DNA of 63,172 bases, the filler included. It is 5 parts of 5 records of this genome, joined end to end, with 100 filler letters (N's around TTAATTAATTAA, not from the genome) between each part and the next. Parts side by side here need not be neighbours in the genome. Positions count along the whole stretch, not along the records: positions 1 to 11,738 come from DRR723986_14438; 4 more parts are not named here. One strand, 5' to 3'. Of this stretch, positions 1-10,185 are shown piece by piece. The position numbers and the translations under genes were made by a program. A model generated the notes under the pieces. That model was not told where the DNA came from, did not search any database, and worked only from the letters and a program-made list of their open reading frames with translations. Numbering within the stretch: position 1 is the stretch's first letter; every line of letters begins with the position of its first letter.

Positions 1-6
1 GTCTTC

Positions 7-213
7 ATTTGCAACTGGGCCTAACGGCCAGCGGCTAATCGCTTTCCATTTCAGCCGGACGGCGTTAGCCACGGTTTTCGGCACGCTGTTTGATTTGCAA
101 CCGGACCTAGCGGCCAGCGGCTAATCGCTTTCCCTATCAGCCGAATGGCGTTAGCCGCGGTTGTCAGCGCCATTTATCCACCTGCAACCGGGGCAAACGG
201 TCGTTCGGCTGAT
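7..213. repeat. Cluster of REP-like inverted doublets (REPIN/BIME-like), ~86-bp period, about 2.5 units
   Basis: Units start with (AT)TTGCAAC at ~7, ~93 and ~183. Each has an AACYGGRCYTAACGGCCAGCGGCTA-type element followed by its approximate reverse complement TCAGCCGRAYGGCGTTAGCCRCGGTT. The cluster lies downstream of the transglutaminase gene. Confidence 0.8.
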
Positions 214-298
214 GAAACATTCGTCATCTTGCGGCGATTTACGATCGGTATGCATGTCGTAGCGTCCAACGTGCCCGGCATGCGTAGCCAACGGCACA

Positions 299-2731
299 CT
301 AGCGTTTCGACGCAGTGGCCTGTTCGACGACTTTGAGAGCGGCAGCAATTTCCTGTTCATCCGCAGCAGACGATGCCGTCGTGCCTGCAAAACGCTGATC
401 GTAGTAAGCGGTACTCAACACCTCAAGTGATTCAGCTAGTTCGCTTGACGTGGCTGCACCGCGGCTGGCCAATCGATCGCCCGCAGCACGCACAAACTCA
501 CGTGGTGTCGCAGATGGGGCGCGGCGGAAGCCAGCTCTCTGCAACAACTCCATGCATCGAGCGAAGAACGGCTGGCTGAACTTAGACGCCTTCGCGCCAA
601 CGCCCAACTTCCTTGCCAACCGAGGTGCGAAACGCGGAAGAAGCGTCGGAAGTCGCCAGATGACAAAACCAATCAGAAATACCATCACACCGATAATGAT
701 AATGGGCACTAGAATCACGGCCGCGGTCGAATTCACTCCGCGGGCCGAAAGTCCATTGCGGAGCAGATTAAACCGCTTCATCAATTCCTCGACTGCCGAC
801 CGACCGCTTTCGGCGACAGGATCGTACAGGCTGCCAGACTCGCTCAACTTCTGCCCATCAACGACGTAGTCTTTCCATAGCTTTTCGGCATAGTCGAGGG
901 TCTGTCCCTCCTGTTCGATGATATCGTCGCCAAATTCGTCGGCGGGGGGCGTTGGATCGAATCGCACCCAGTAGAATTCCGCATCGGACAACTGGCTTTC
1001 CGCTTCGGTGCCCACGAGATCTTCTCTGGCGAACAGTGCCTCCACCCATGCATGTGCGTCGCTCTGGCGAACGCTGAAGTACTTGCCCTGTTTATTGAAT
1101 TCCCGAGGTCGATAGCCAACGACAAGTCGACTGCGAACACCAAGCTGCCGCATCATGACCGTTAGCGACGACGCAAAATACTGGCAATGACCAACGCGTT
1201 TGTTGGCGATGAAGTCTTCCATCGGATCCAAACTGGCTTCGACGGGTAATGTCAGGTCCAAACTGTATGTAAATGCGCCTGATGAAGTAAAATGTTCCTC
1301 AAGAGTTCGACATGCTCGATACAGATCAGATTTCTCGACACCTGCATCGTCCAGCACATCAGACGCATACGCTTTCGTGTTGACGAAGCTTGAAAACGAC
1401 GGCGCCATTGCTTCCGCACTGGCAATAGCTGCGGCTTGTTCATTTCGCTTCACTACTGCTGGCGTAACCGCAACTTGGCGACCTCTGGAAAAACACGCCG
1501 TACCGAGCCGGTAAACAACCGACTTTCCGGCCGGTATCTTCTCGTTGGGCAAGTCGGCGATGAGGGCGTTGAATTTATCAAACCTTAGCGGAATTCTCTG
1601 GTCCGCTTTGGTCAAGTAGCTGGAGTGCAAGGCGAAAAGGGTAGGCAAGAACTTTCGCCGAATGTCAATTTCGACATCGACAAAGTCGCGGTCGATCTGC
1701 CTAAGCTCGCGCACCGTATCCACGCTGGGAAGCCGCCGAAATTCAAAGGCCCCAGTAAACACCCACTGCCCCTGCGAACCGAATCGACTGCGACGCGGTT
1801 CGATGTAGGTATCCATAACGCGAGCACGGATGTAGGGCTGCTGCTTGAGCGTGTAAGGCTTCTTATTGCGACCGGTTGTAAATGATATTCGCAATACTGG
1901 CGTAGGGTTTGCCTTCAATCGTCCGACGATCCCCATCGTTAGCACTTTCGGCAATCCAATTGTGCTACCGCCACTAAGTGGTTGTCTGAGACTGCCGGGC
2001 GACGTTCGTGGCATCAGGTAAAAGAAAAAGCCAGCAAAGGCAATGGCCCCAGCACCGATTGGAATACTCTGCAGCAATCGTCGCGCAAGTCGAGAGCGCT
2101 GGACGCTCTTCGGTGTCACAATCCTACTGGAGACCTGTCGTGGGGCGGAACTCGCAGATTTCCCCTTGCGAAAACGCTTGGCAATCAATTCTGCCAAGTG
2201 CGGGATGGGTTTGTCAATACTCGGATCAACGTGAACCAATGTCGCGTATCGGGCGAACAAAAAGAGCGACGACACCCATAACAACATGATGGGTGCGAGC
2301 AAGAACCCAAAGATGATATTGTCGTTAACTAGTGCGGCAACGATCATCTCCAACAGCAGAAAAATCGCTAACTGCTCAAACACTCGCAGGTTCTTCTTTT
2401 GCAGTAATAGCACCGCTTCGGGGAAGACCAGCAGACTGGCAACGGCCATCAATTGCCCTTGTTCGTCCGGTGCGTAGAACGCGGTGTAGATGTACTGTGC
2501 AATGGCGAGCGATGTCGTAACCGTCATTAGGAAGTAGCTTCCCCAACGGCCGACGGCAAACCACTCCAAGGTATCGACGAATATGAATGCCGAAACGCCA
2601 ACGCAGAAAATCAACGTCGGCAAGAACACCGATCCGCTACCGGAGGCGACTAGCATTGCGGTCAGAAATGCGAGCACAACGAAGTGCAGCGAAAGGCTGG
2701 CTCTTAGGCGTTTGAGTCGTTTGACGTCCAT
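299..2731 (-). CDS. Membrane transglutaminase-like protein (TgpA type: DUF3488 + transglutaminase core + DUF4129)
   Basis: Multi-TM N-terminus; catalytic triad motifs GHCQYFAS, DAHAWVE and FDPTP; C-terminal TPREF / YYDQRFA motif; third gene of the MoxR-DUF58-TGase operon. Confidence 0.9.
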   Translation of the reverse strand: MDVKRLKRLRASLSLHFVVLAFLTAMLVASGSGSVFLPTLIFCVGVSAFIFVDTLEWFAVGRWGSYFLMTVTTSLAIAQYIYTAFYAPDEQGQLMAVASLLVFPEAVLLLQKKNLRVFEQLAIFLLLEMIVAALVNDNIIFGFLLAPIMLLWVSSLFLFARYATLVHVDPSIDKPIPHLAELIAKRFRKGKSASSAPRQVSSRIVTPKSVQRSRLARRLLQSIPIGAGAIAFAGFFFYLMPRTSPGSLRQPLSGGSTIGLPKVLTMGIVGRLKANPTPVLRISFTTGRNKKPYTLKQQPYIRARVMDTYIEPRRSRFGSQGQWVFTGAFEFRRLPSVDTVRELRQIDRDFVDVEIDIRRKFLPTLFALHSSYLTKADQRIPLRFDKFNALIADLPNEKIPAGKSVVYRLGTACFSRGRQVAVTPAVVKRNEQAAAIASAEAMAPSFSSFVNTKAYASDVLDDAGVEKSDLYRACRTLEEHFTSSGAFTYSLDLTLPVEASLDPMEDFIANKRVGHCQYFASSLTVMMRQLGVRSRLVVGYRPREFNKQGKYFSVRQSDAHAWVEALFAREDLVGTEAESQLSDAEFYWVRFDPTPPADEFGDDIIEQEGQTLDYAEKLWKDYVVDGQKLSESGSLYDPVAESGRSAVEELMKRFNLLRNGLSARGVNSTAAVILVPIIIIGVMVFLIGFVIWRLPTLLPRFAPRLARKLGVGAKASKFSQPFFARCMELLQRAGFRRAPSATPREFVRAAGDRLASRGAATSSELAESLEVLSTAYYDQRFAGTTASSAADEQEIAAALKVVEQATASKR

Positions 2732-3993
2732 TCGAAGTACCTATCCAAGTCACCCGTTTGCACATTCAGCCAGAGCGTCTGAACTCGCGCCATGATACGC
2801 CCCAAGACGCTTGAGTCGTCCGTGATTCCCAGGTCCGCAGGTTGCTCTCGTGTGCTAACAACCAGCAGGCGCGGATTGGATGCCAAGGGCAAACCAATCG
2901 GTTTAAGTGCGGCTCCCAGGTCCGGCTCGGACGCTACCCAAACGTCAGCCAGCTCATCTAGCAAGTTTTCCAACAACACGGGGCTTTGTATAACTGGCGA
3001 AGCAAAACTCTTGTGCCCCGCGACGGCTACCGCCAGCTTTCCACGTCGCTGCAGAACGACGTTCGATGCAACCGTGGCAACGAAGCTAATCGCTTTCTCA
3101 AGTTGTTCTTCAAGCAGTTCATCACCGTCACACAGATCAAGCAACAAGCACATTTGCTGGTGTTGCTGTCGTTCGAACTGCCGTACCGAAAGTTCACCGA
3201 GGCGTGCCGTAGTTCTCCAGTGGATCCAACGGCGTGAATCACCGGTAGCCCAAGGACGCAGGCCGTAGAACTCCGCTTCATTGACGCCCGAATTCGGGGC
3301 CGTCATTGCGTTGCCCTGCTGCTCAAGCTGGAAAAGCGACTTTGCCGTCGGCAGTAGTACTCCTTGCTCGGGTCGCACGGTTACCTGAATCTGGTTGTCG
3401 AGCGTCCGCCAGCCTCGACCCAATCCGATCGGGAATCGCGTCGAAATCGTCGATGGACCTAGTTCGTAGGTGCCGCGTCGGTGAAACGTCAGCTCATACC
3501 GACCTTCACTCTTACCCTGTGGACGCACCTCATCGACAACCACAGCGCCTTTACCGGAACTGTTCTCTACCTGCGGCGCGATTCGCCGAATCGGCTCCTC
3601 AACCAGGACAAGCCAGGACCCCAGCCAACGTTTGGGATTGAACAGTTCGATCAGAACTCGCGTTGGCGTGTTCACGACGGCTGCCATCGCCGTCTGACGT
3701 CGCAACCTCACTCCGACCAGCGTTCGAACGTTGAATCGCCACTGCAAGACCAGCAGGCCGATCATCGCTCCGGCCAACAGGATGAGCAAATTGATATCAC
3801 GAACAACTGCACCGAAGAAAATGAACAGCAGAACTCCAACGAAGTGCAGGCCTTCGCGGGTTGGCCGAAAACGAATCATCGCCCGCTTGCGAGCCTTTGC
3901 ACGGCGGCGCCTTACCCGATAGCGTTTCCACAACCAGCCAACGGTCGATTCAGAGTCGTTGCTCCTGTTGTCTTCCGCGATAACTGTTGCCAA
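2704..3993 (-). CDS. DUF58 domain-containing protein
   Basis: EFYGLRPWATGDSRRWIHWRTTARLGELSVRQFE signature; sits between moxR and the TGase gene. Confidence 0.9.
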   Translation of the reverse strand: MATVIAEDNRSNDSESTVGWLWKRYRVRRRRAKARKRAMIRFRPTREGLHFVGVLLFIFFGAVVRDINLLILLAGAMIGLLVLQWRFNVRTLVGVRLRRQTAMAAVVNTPTRVLIELFNPKRWLGSWLVLVEEPIRRIAPQVENSSGKGAVVVDEVRPQGKSEGRYELTFHRRGTYELGPSTISTRFPIGLGRGWRTLDNQIQVTVRPEQGVLLPTAKSLFQLEQQGNAMTAPNSGVNEAEFYGLRPWATGDSRRWIHWRTTARLGELSVRQFERQQHQQMCLLLDLCDGDELLEEQLEKAISFVATVASNVVLQRRGKLAVAVAGHKSFASPVIQSPVLLENLLDELADVWVASEPDLGAALKPIGLPLASNPRLLVVSTREQPADLGITDDSSVLGRIMARVQTLWLNVQTGDLDRYFEWTSNDSNA

Positions 3994-4047
3994 CTCTGTT
4001 TCCCTCTTAGAAGCCGCTGATTTCGACTCGCCAGCTTATCCAAACGC

Positions 4048-4992
4048 TTAGGTGGGCACAACGATGTCCGCCAACAGTCGATTGACTAACTCTTCGGCAC
4101 CGGATCGGTCAGCGCCGGGCAGGCTTCCACGCGGAACAATCCGGTGAGCCAGAACGGGCACAGCCAAGCGTTTAATGTCGTCGGGGACGACATGCTTTCG
4201 ATTCTCGACCATCGCGTAAGCCTGAGCGGCTCGATAGTAAGCGATGGCACCTCGAGTACTAACGCCGACTTGCACCTGCTGGCTGTCGCGGGTCGCATGG
4301 ATAATGTCTAGCAGGTATTCGATCAACGATTCTTCGAACTGCACCTCACGAGCCTGAGCCTGCATGGCGCGAATTCTGTCGAGACCGACAACGGGCTTGA
4401 GCGAGTCAACGGGCTCGCCGACTCGGTGTGATTTGAGCAGTTGTGATTCGAAATTGCGGTCCGGATAGCCAACTGTGATGCGAAGTAGAAAACGATCCAG
4501 TTGACTCTCGGGCAAAAGATATGTGCCCTCGAATTCGAACGGGTTTTGCGTTGCAATCACAAGCAGCGGATCGGGTAGCACGTGCGTTTCGCCGTCCACG
4601 CTGACTTGCCCCTCACCCATCGCTTCCAACAAGGCGCTTTGGGTTCGTGGCGGCGCGCGGTTAATTTCGTCCGCGAGCACGACGTTGGCAAAAACTGGTC
4701 CTTGATTAAACGAGAACTCACCCGTTCCTGCGTTGTAGATACTGCTACCGGTGATATCGCTCGGCAACAGGTCAGGCGTAAACTGCAGACGGGTAAAGTT
4801 ACCGTCGATGCTGCGGGCCAGCGCTTTGGCAATCAACGTCTTTCCAACGCCAGGAACATCTTCAAGAAGTACGTGCTCTCCGGCCAGAAGAGCCGCAACG
4901 GCAAGTTTGACGACTTCTGGCTTGCCCAGCACAGCCAACTCGATATTCTCTCGCAGGCGTGTGAGATCCTGCTCGCTATTCGCCTCAGACAT
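4048..4992 (-). CDS. moxR: MoxR-family AAA+ ATPase
   Basis: Walker A DVPGVGKT, RLQFTPDLLPSD, Walker B LADEINRA, ATQNP, LDRF. Confidence 0.95.
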   Translation of the reverse strand: MSEANSEQDLTRLRENIELAVLGKPEVVKLAVAALLAGEHVLLEDVPGVGKTLIAKALARSIDGNFTRLQFTPDLLPSDITGSSIYNAGTGEFSFNQGPVFANVVLADEINRAPPRTQSALLEAMGEGQVSVDGETHVLPDPLLVIATQNPFEFEGTYLLPESQLDRFLLRITVGYPDRNFESQLLKSHRVGEPVDSLKPVVGLDRIRAMQAQAREVQFEESLIEYLLDIIHATRDSQQVQVGVSTRGAIAYYRAAQAYAMVENRKHVVPDDIKRLAVPVLAHRIVPRGSLPGADRSGAEELVNRLLADIVVPT

Positions 4993-5259
4993 TTAATCTC
5001 TTAGAATGAGTCGTAAGTTCATGATGTTTCGTTCGTCTTCTACCACTGTCAGCACCAACATCATGCTTGGCGTCGAGCGGCCAAAGACAAGGAACGCTCG
5101 GTTATACCGTATTTCCCCACTCATTGAAGCTCGCAACGAGCAATCCGACAGCATCAATAATTCTGATGCAAGGTTCTTTGTAAGCTGACGAACGCATCAT
5201 AGGTAATCGGCCAATGGTTCTGCCCACCACGGCCAGCAAACGACTACAGCCCTTCGTGC

Positions 5260-6999
5260 TTGGCCAGTGACGAATACGAAGGAATCGAAAGGAAGCGCGG
5301 CGTGAATTCGACAACTGACTCTACTACGCAACAGCCCCAAAGCGTGTTCGGCATACTTAGTTCAGGAATACTGCTGCTTTCCGGCTGCGTCTTCGGGCTG
5401 GTAGTCTTCCTGCGCATGTCGGCTGCCAATATGGATCACGCAATCGTCAATGCCTCAACATTGGCATTGTGCTTCCTTGGCTGGCTGATGGTCACGCTGG
5501 CGTTCTGGATTTCTGCCGCCCCAAGGGGATTATGGAAGACCGTTTTCTTCGTACCTATCCTGTCGATCGCGGTGTTCTTTACGATTTACAAGATAGAGCG
5601 AGTTGACGGTGAGCTGGTGCCGCACTTTACAAACAGGTGGGCCGGAGAAGAAGCTCTACCTGACGTGGCTACCAGCAATGATGGACTTCCAGATGAAACA
5701 GAAGCCCCACAGTGGCTCTTACCGCGCGATACCGATTTTCCGCAATTCTTGGGCACAAACCGAGATGGCATCCTCGCTGACATTGGACTGATAACAGACT
5801 GGGAATCGAGCGCACCGGAGATCAAATGGAAGCAACCCATTGGCGAAGGCTGGTCCGGCTTCGCGATTCGTGGCGACCTTGCCATCACAATGGAGCAACG
5901 TGACGAACAAGAGTGGGTGACAGCCTACGATGTCCGCGACGGCGCGCTCCGATGGAAATATGTGATTCCAGGTCTCCATTTCAATCCAATGGGCGGAACA
6001 GGGCCACGTTCGACGCCAACGATCAGTGGAGACAGAGTTTACGCACAATCAGCAGTCAACAAATTGGTTTGCCTAGAGTTTCAAACGGGCGAGGAGCTAT
6101 GGTCCAAAGAACTCCTTGATGGCCCTCAAGAAGAATTTGAGAAGAAGGTGACCTGGGGACGCAGCGCATCGCCACTGGTCGTAGGGGGGCGGGTTATCGC
6201 CGCCGTGGGAGGCATCGACAAAGACGCTCCCGCCTTGATTGCCTTCGATGCCGACTCGGGCGAGGAGATGTACCGCACTGGAAAAGGGCTCCAAATCAGC
6301 TATTCGTCGCCAACACTCGCAACGATCGGTGGTGTCGAGCAAATCTTATACACTTCGGAGCAACACATATCGGGCTTCGACCTCGAAACTGGAAAGATGA
6401 TTTGGCAACACGATGCACCTGGTTCCAGCAGTGCCGGTGCCAATTGCTCCCAACCAGTGGCCATTGACGACTCCCGCATTCTGATCACCAAGGGCTATGG
6501 TCTCGGCGGCAAGCTTGTAAAGATCACGCCTTCCACTGACGGATCCGAAACGCTGTGGCAAACGGAAGAACTGTGGTCCAAAGCATCTGTGCTAAAGACG
6601 AAATTCACCTCGGCCGTCGTGCTGGACGGATACGCTTATGCACTGAGTGACGGCATCTTGGAGTGCGTCGACATAGAAGCTGGCAAACGCGTTTGGAAAC
6701 GTGGACGTTATCGGCAAGGCCAGCTCCTAGCGGTTGGTGACACGCTGCTAGTGACAAGCGAATCTGGAAAAGTTGCCTTGGTTGACGCGACTCCAGAGGG
6801 CTTCAACGAGCTAGCATCCTTGCAAGTCATCGGCGACGTGAGCTGGAACACGGCAGCCGTTTCTGGCAACCGACTACTCATGCGTAACGCCGACGAAATG
6901 GCATGTGTAATCCTGCCAACCGAATCGCCTAGCGAAAACAGTGATGGACAAGAGAATTCCAAGGAAGCTGGCGATGAAACGAGCGAGGTAACGGAATGA
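5260..6999 (+). CDS. Membrane-anchored PQQ-like beta-propeller repeat protein (planctomycete BamB-like family)
   Basis: Three N-terminal TM segments; FPQFLGTNRDG, WKQPIGEGWSG, GPRSTPTI, YSSP repeats. Start codon uncertain. Confidence 0.85.
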   Translation: MASDEYEGIERKRGVNSTTDSTTQQPQSVFGILSSGILLLSGCVFGLVVFLRMSAANMDHAIVNASTLALCFLGWLMVTLAFWISAAPRGLWKTVFFVPILSIAVFFTIYKIERVDGELVPHFTNRWAGEEALPDVATSNDGLPDETEAPQWLLPRDTDFPQFLGTNRDGILADIGLITDWESSAPEIKWKQPIGEGWSGFAIRGDLAITMEQRDEQEWVTAYDVRDGALRWKYVIPGLHFNPMGGTGPRSTPTISGDRVYAQSAVNKLVCLEFQTGEELWSKELLDGPQEEFEKKVTWGRSASPLVVGGRVIAAVGGIDKDAPALIAFDADSGEEMYRTGKGLQISYSSPTLATIGGVEQILYTSEQHISGFDLETGKMIWQHDAPGSSSAGANCSQPVAIDDSRILITKGYGLGGKLVKITPSTDGSETLWQTEELWSKASVLKTKFTSAVVLDGYAYALSDGILECVDIEAGKRVWKRGRYRQGQLLAVGDTLLVTSESGKVALVDATPEGFNELASLQVIGDVSWNTAAVSGNRLLMRNADEMACVILPTESPSENSDGQENSKEAGDETSEVTE

Positions 7000-7736
7000 A
7001 CGATTCAAGCAACGCGGATTCGACAACGAATCAACCGACTGCGTCTGGACTGGACATGCTTGTCATCGCACCTCATCCGGAAGACGCAGAGCTGGGCATG
7101 GGCGGGGCGATCGCAAAAATGGTTGGCCTTGGTTGGAAGGTTGGCATTTTGGATCTAACCACCGGTGAGCCCACTCCCTACGGCGACGAAGACACACGGC
7201 AAGAGGAAACAGCCGCTGCCAATGAGTTGCTGGGATCACCTTGGCGTGAGAATCTAGGCCTGCGTAATCGTTTTCTAGAGCCGACTATTGATGCACGTGC
7301 CCGTTTAGCGAATGTCTTTCGTCGCGTCCGTCCCCGGTGGCTGTTCGCTCCTTACTGGGAAGACGCTCACCCCGACCATACGGCCGCGACGAAGTTAGTC
7401 GAAGGCGCTCGGTTCTGGGCAAAACTAACCAAGAGTGATCTTGAGGGCGAGCCCTTCCATCCCGAGCGTGTGTTCTATTACTACTGCGTTCACCTGAAGC
7501 ATGTCGCCCAACCGGCATTCGTGTTGGACATCACCGAGCAGTGGGATGCCAAAGCGGCTTCAATTGCTGCCTACGACAGTCAGTTTACGCGTAATCGGGA
7601 GCACATCGTGCCATCGCTGCATGACAAGGTGCGAGACGAGGCGGCCTATTGGGGCAAAATGATTGGACGCCCCTACGGTGAGCCGTTCACGTCGCGTGAG
7701 CCAATCGCTCTTGAAGATTTGTCGAAATTGATTTGA
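6996..7736 (+). CDS. bshB1: PIG-L/LmbE-family deacetylase, BshB1-like
   Basis: IAPHPEDAELG, LTTGE, DAHPDH motifs; overlaps the upstream gene by 4 nt (ATGA). Confidence 0.8.
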   Translation: MNDSSNADSTTNQPTASGLDMLVIAPHPEDAELGMGGAIAKMVGLGWKVGILDLTTGEPTPYGDEDTRQEETAAANELLGSPWRENLGLRNRFLEPTIDARARLANVFRRVRPRWLFAPYWEDAHPDHTAATKLVEGARFWAKLTKSDLEGEPFHPERVFYYYCVHLKHVAQPAFVLDITEQWDAKAASIAAYDSQFTRNREHIVPSLHDKVRDEAAYWGKMIGRPYGEPFTSREPIALEDLSKLI

Positions 7737-7786
7737 GCCGATCGCGGAACTGGAAGACTGCGGCGTCACGAACCAGGTCGGGCACT

Positions 7787-8926
7787 CTACGGTTCTCGTG
7801 GTGCAGCTTCTTCACGGACTGACTTTGCCATCTCTGGCGTTACGATTCCGATCGGCGTTTTACCAGAATCAACACTGAGCAGGACGCGGCGCTTGAACCC
7901 TGTTGAAATCGGTTCCCAGAATCTCTGCATCTTTGCTTTGTTCAGTTTTTCGGGAAGACGTACAATTCGAAAACCGATCCTGGCTGAGTCTTCCCACGAG
8001 CAGAGCCAATTAGGGCTTGCTGGAATGCAGGGATCCTCGCCCCAAAGAGCCTCGTTTGCGGCAATGCGACTCTCAATCTGGCATTCCGACTCAGGTGAAG
8101 CGAAATGCCCTCCCTTGGTAATCCACTGGGAAATGTCTTTCTCGCCAAAGTCAATTGCTTGCTCATGAATGTCAATCGGACCGCTCCGGGGACTCAACTT
8201 GGTCAGCACCCATTCACTGACGTTGCCCTGCATGTCATGCAATCCCCATGAGTTTGGCCGAAGCCGACCAACGGGCAGCACGTTGTCATGATGATTGCCA
8301 AAGTTTGCGAAACGCGCAAGCGGAGCATCGTCATCTAAAGCAAATGGTCCAGTATTCGATGCAGCAGCCATCCACTCCGATTCCATGGGTAAGCGAAACG
8401 GTCTATCCGAAAGTAGGCTGAGCCACTTTGTATACTGCCGAGCCGAATACAGGGTCATCGTGCAGATGGGGTGACTCGGCGAGTCCGCACCATGAAAACG
8501 ACTCGGATCATATACTTCCGTCGGAGCCGTCACTGCGTCAATGTGAGTCGTTTTTTCAACAACTTTGGGCACACGAAACGTATTTCTCAGCCGCTGGAAT
8601 TCATCGTATTCCCGAAACGTCACCTCATACTTACCGATCCAAAACGGCGACCGGTCGGGCGTGACAGCCGGAATCGGCACCATTTCAAACCGCACATTTG
8701 TCCCAGGAATCTGGAACGTGTACGGTAGCATGTAACCAGCCTCGCACTCGACGAAGTGCCCCGTCGCTGGCAAGGTATCGACGATTGCCGGCGACAGCTC
8801 TTGAGCCATCGCCGCTCGACCGGCAAACAAGACGCCCCAACAAGCTAATGCAACAGCGGCGCTGAATGCCGTGCTAAGGGTAGATGGCTGTCTTCCCAGC
8901 ATCATGTGTCCCCCCGAATCATCCAA
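7787..8926 (-). CDS. Formylglycine-generating enzyme (SUMF1/FGE-sulfatase) family protein, probably exported
   Basis: PFWIGKYEVT, FRLPMESEW, PNSWGLHDMQGNVSEW, IGFRIVR; signal-like N-terminus ending AMA-Q. Confidence 0.9.
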   Translation of the reverse strand: MDDSGGHMMLGRQPSTLSTAFSAAVALACWGVLFAGRAAMAQELSPAIVDTLPATGHFVECEAGYMLPYTFQIPGTNVRFEMVPIPAVTPDRSPFWIGKYEVTFREYDEFQRLRNTFRVPKVVEKTTHIDAVTAPTEVYDPSRFHGADSPSHPICTMTLYSARQYTKWLSLLSDRPFRLPMESEWMAAASNTGPFALDDDAPLARFANFGNHHDNVLPVGRLRPNSWGLHDMQGNVSEWVLTKLSPRSGPIDIHEQAIDFGEKDISQWITKGGHFASPESECQIESRIAANEALWGEDPCIPASPNWLCSWEDSARIGFRIVRLPEKLNKAKMQRFWEPISTGFKRRVLLSVDSGKTPIGIVTPEMAKSVREEAAPREP

Positions 8927-9073
8927 TCGGGTTGTTCGATATCAAGGGCCTGGACCATATTCGGAAGTCGAGCATCCACCTGTCCCGACTTCCCACGCCC
9001 CTCGTCGATCTTCAATTGGTTGTCATGCAGAAACTCAACAGAACTTGGATTCCAATAACTTTGCATCAACTTC

Positions 9074-9394
9074 ATGTTGAGTTGCTCGTTTAAGCTGGCC
9101 GCGCAAAGGCTCTTTGCAAAGAAGATCATCAATACAAATGAAGAAATATATCGTAATGGAAAGAAATTTACCGAAATTGACTTTGAAACTGCGGAAGCGA
9201 TTTACGAAGTTGGAATCAGTCTTGGACGGAAAAAGGATCAACTGCACAAACTTGCGGAAATTGCTGCTGAGCGCGGTAAACGGCTGGACGTAATTTATGG
9301 CACGCGAACGAGTGCACCGAGGCTAAAGGAAAAGCGGAATTCCCTTCGATTCAAGTTTGGAAATCGAGTCCGGTTTTTCCCAATGGATTTTTAG
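9074..9394 (+). CDS. Putative orphan polymorphic-toxin C-terminal domain (PD-(D/E)xK-like nuclease tip), possibly a gene remnant
   Basis: TEIDFETAEAIYEVG resembles the (G/T)EID-x-ET...(I/Y)EVK core of restriction-endonuclease-fold toxin tips; basic; more AT-rich than flanks; followed after 2 nt by an acidic ORF. Confidence 0.45.
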   Translation: MLSCSFKLAAQRLFAKKIINTNEEIYRNGKKFTEIDFETAEAIYEVGISLGRKKDQLHKLAEIAAERGKRLDVIYGTRTSAPRLKEKRNSLRFKFGNRVRFFPMDF

Positions 9395-9396
9395 AA

Positions 9397-10002
9397 ATGG
9401 GCACTTGGCAATTCGCATTCGGTTTCTACAAAGCCGAAGATGTTCCGAACACGGACGATCGTGTCTTCAGTGAAATTGAAGCGTATGGCTTCCGTTATCG
9501 CGATTCGATGGTTGATGTCGAATTGCTCGACGAAGGGCAAGTTGAGTTCAGTACTATCAGCGACATGCCTCGTGGCGCTGCGATCCGCCGGCTTGAATCG
9601 GGTGAATCGATCGAACTCGAGTTCGCTGCTAAAGAAATTTTCTTCACAGTCGCGGTCGTGCATATTGCAACCCCCCAATGGGTCCGCGTGGGTTGGCCCA
9701 ATCGGGCGTTTGAGAGATTGTCAACAGACGACCAAGACGCGTTACGAGATCTGCGTTTGAGAATCATGACGATGTTCGGGGTCTACTGCGCAGTAGTCGC
9801 GTATGATCCGCCAATTGATCTCGAGCTGAGGAGCTTTGTCGAGATTGATGGGCAGGTGACGATCGATGATACGATTTTCAACCGGCCGACGATTGCCGAG
9901 ATCTTGGTTCCTGAAAACCGCGAGCCCCCTCAGATTCTGAGCACAGCACAGTTTCATCCCCAAAAGGTACCCGGCGGTACCCGGTTCCTGCGACAGTCTT
10001 GA
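9397..10002 (+). CDS. Hypothetical protein, candidate immunity protein
   Basis: 201-aa acidic cytoplasmic ORF starting 2 nt after the stop of the putative toxin tip; no recognisable enzyme motif. Confidence 0.5.
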   Translation: MGTWQFAFGFYKAEDVPNTDDRVFSEIEAYGFRYRDSMVDVELLDEGQVEFSTISDMPRGAAIRRLESGESIELEFAAKEIFFTVAVVHIATPQWVRVGWPNRAFERLSTDDQDALRDLRLRIMTMFGVYCAVVAYDPPIDLELRSFVEIDGQVTIDDTIFNRPTIAEILVPENREPPQILSTAQFHPQKVPGGTRFLRQS

Positions 10003-10185
10003 GCACATTGCGATCGTCAATGTCCGGGGATGCCTGCCTGTAGATATGCGCCCTCAAGCACAAGACCCAATCTAGACACCAATGCCGCGCCAAAGAGATG
10101 TTCCTCCGATAAGCTTGCAGACCTTCTTGAAAATCCAAGGCGATGAGGCTTCTAACCACGTGCCGACAAGCTTGCGAGTGAAACA

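Noticed and set aside
7-213. CRISPR array
   Set aside because: Repeats alternate in orientation, the spacers resemble each other, and there are no cas genes.
299-4992. MoxR-DUF58-transglutaminase operon as a new system
   Set aside because: Widespread, well-known gene triad.
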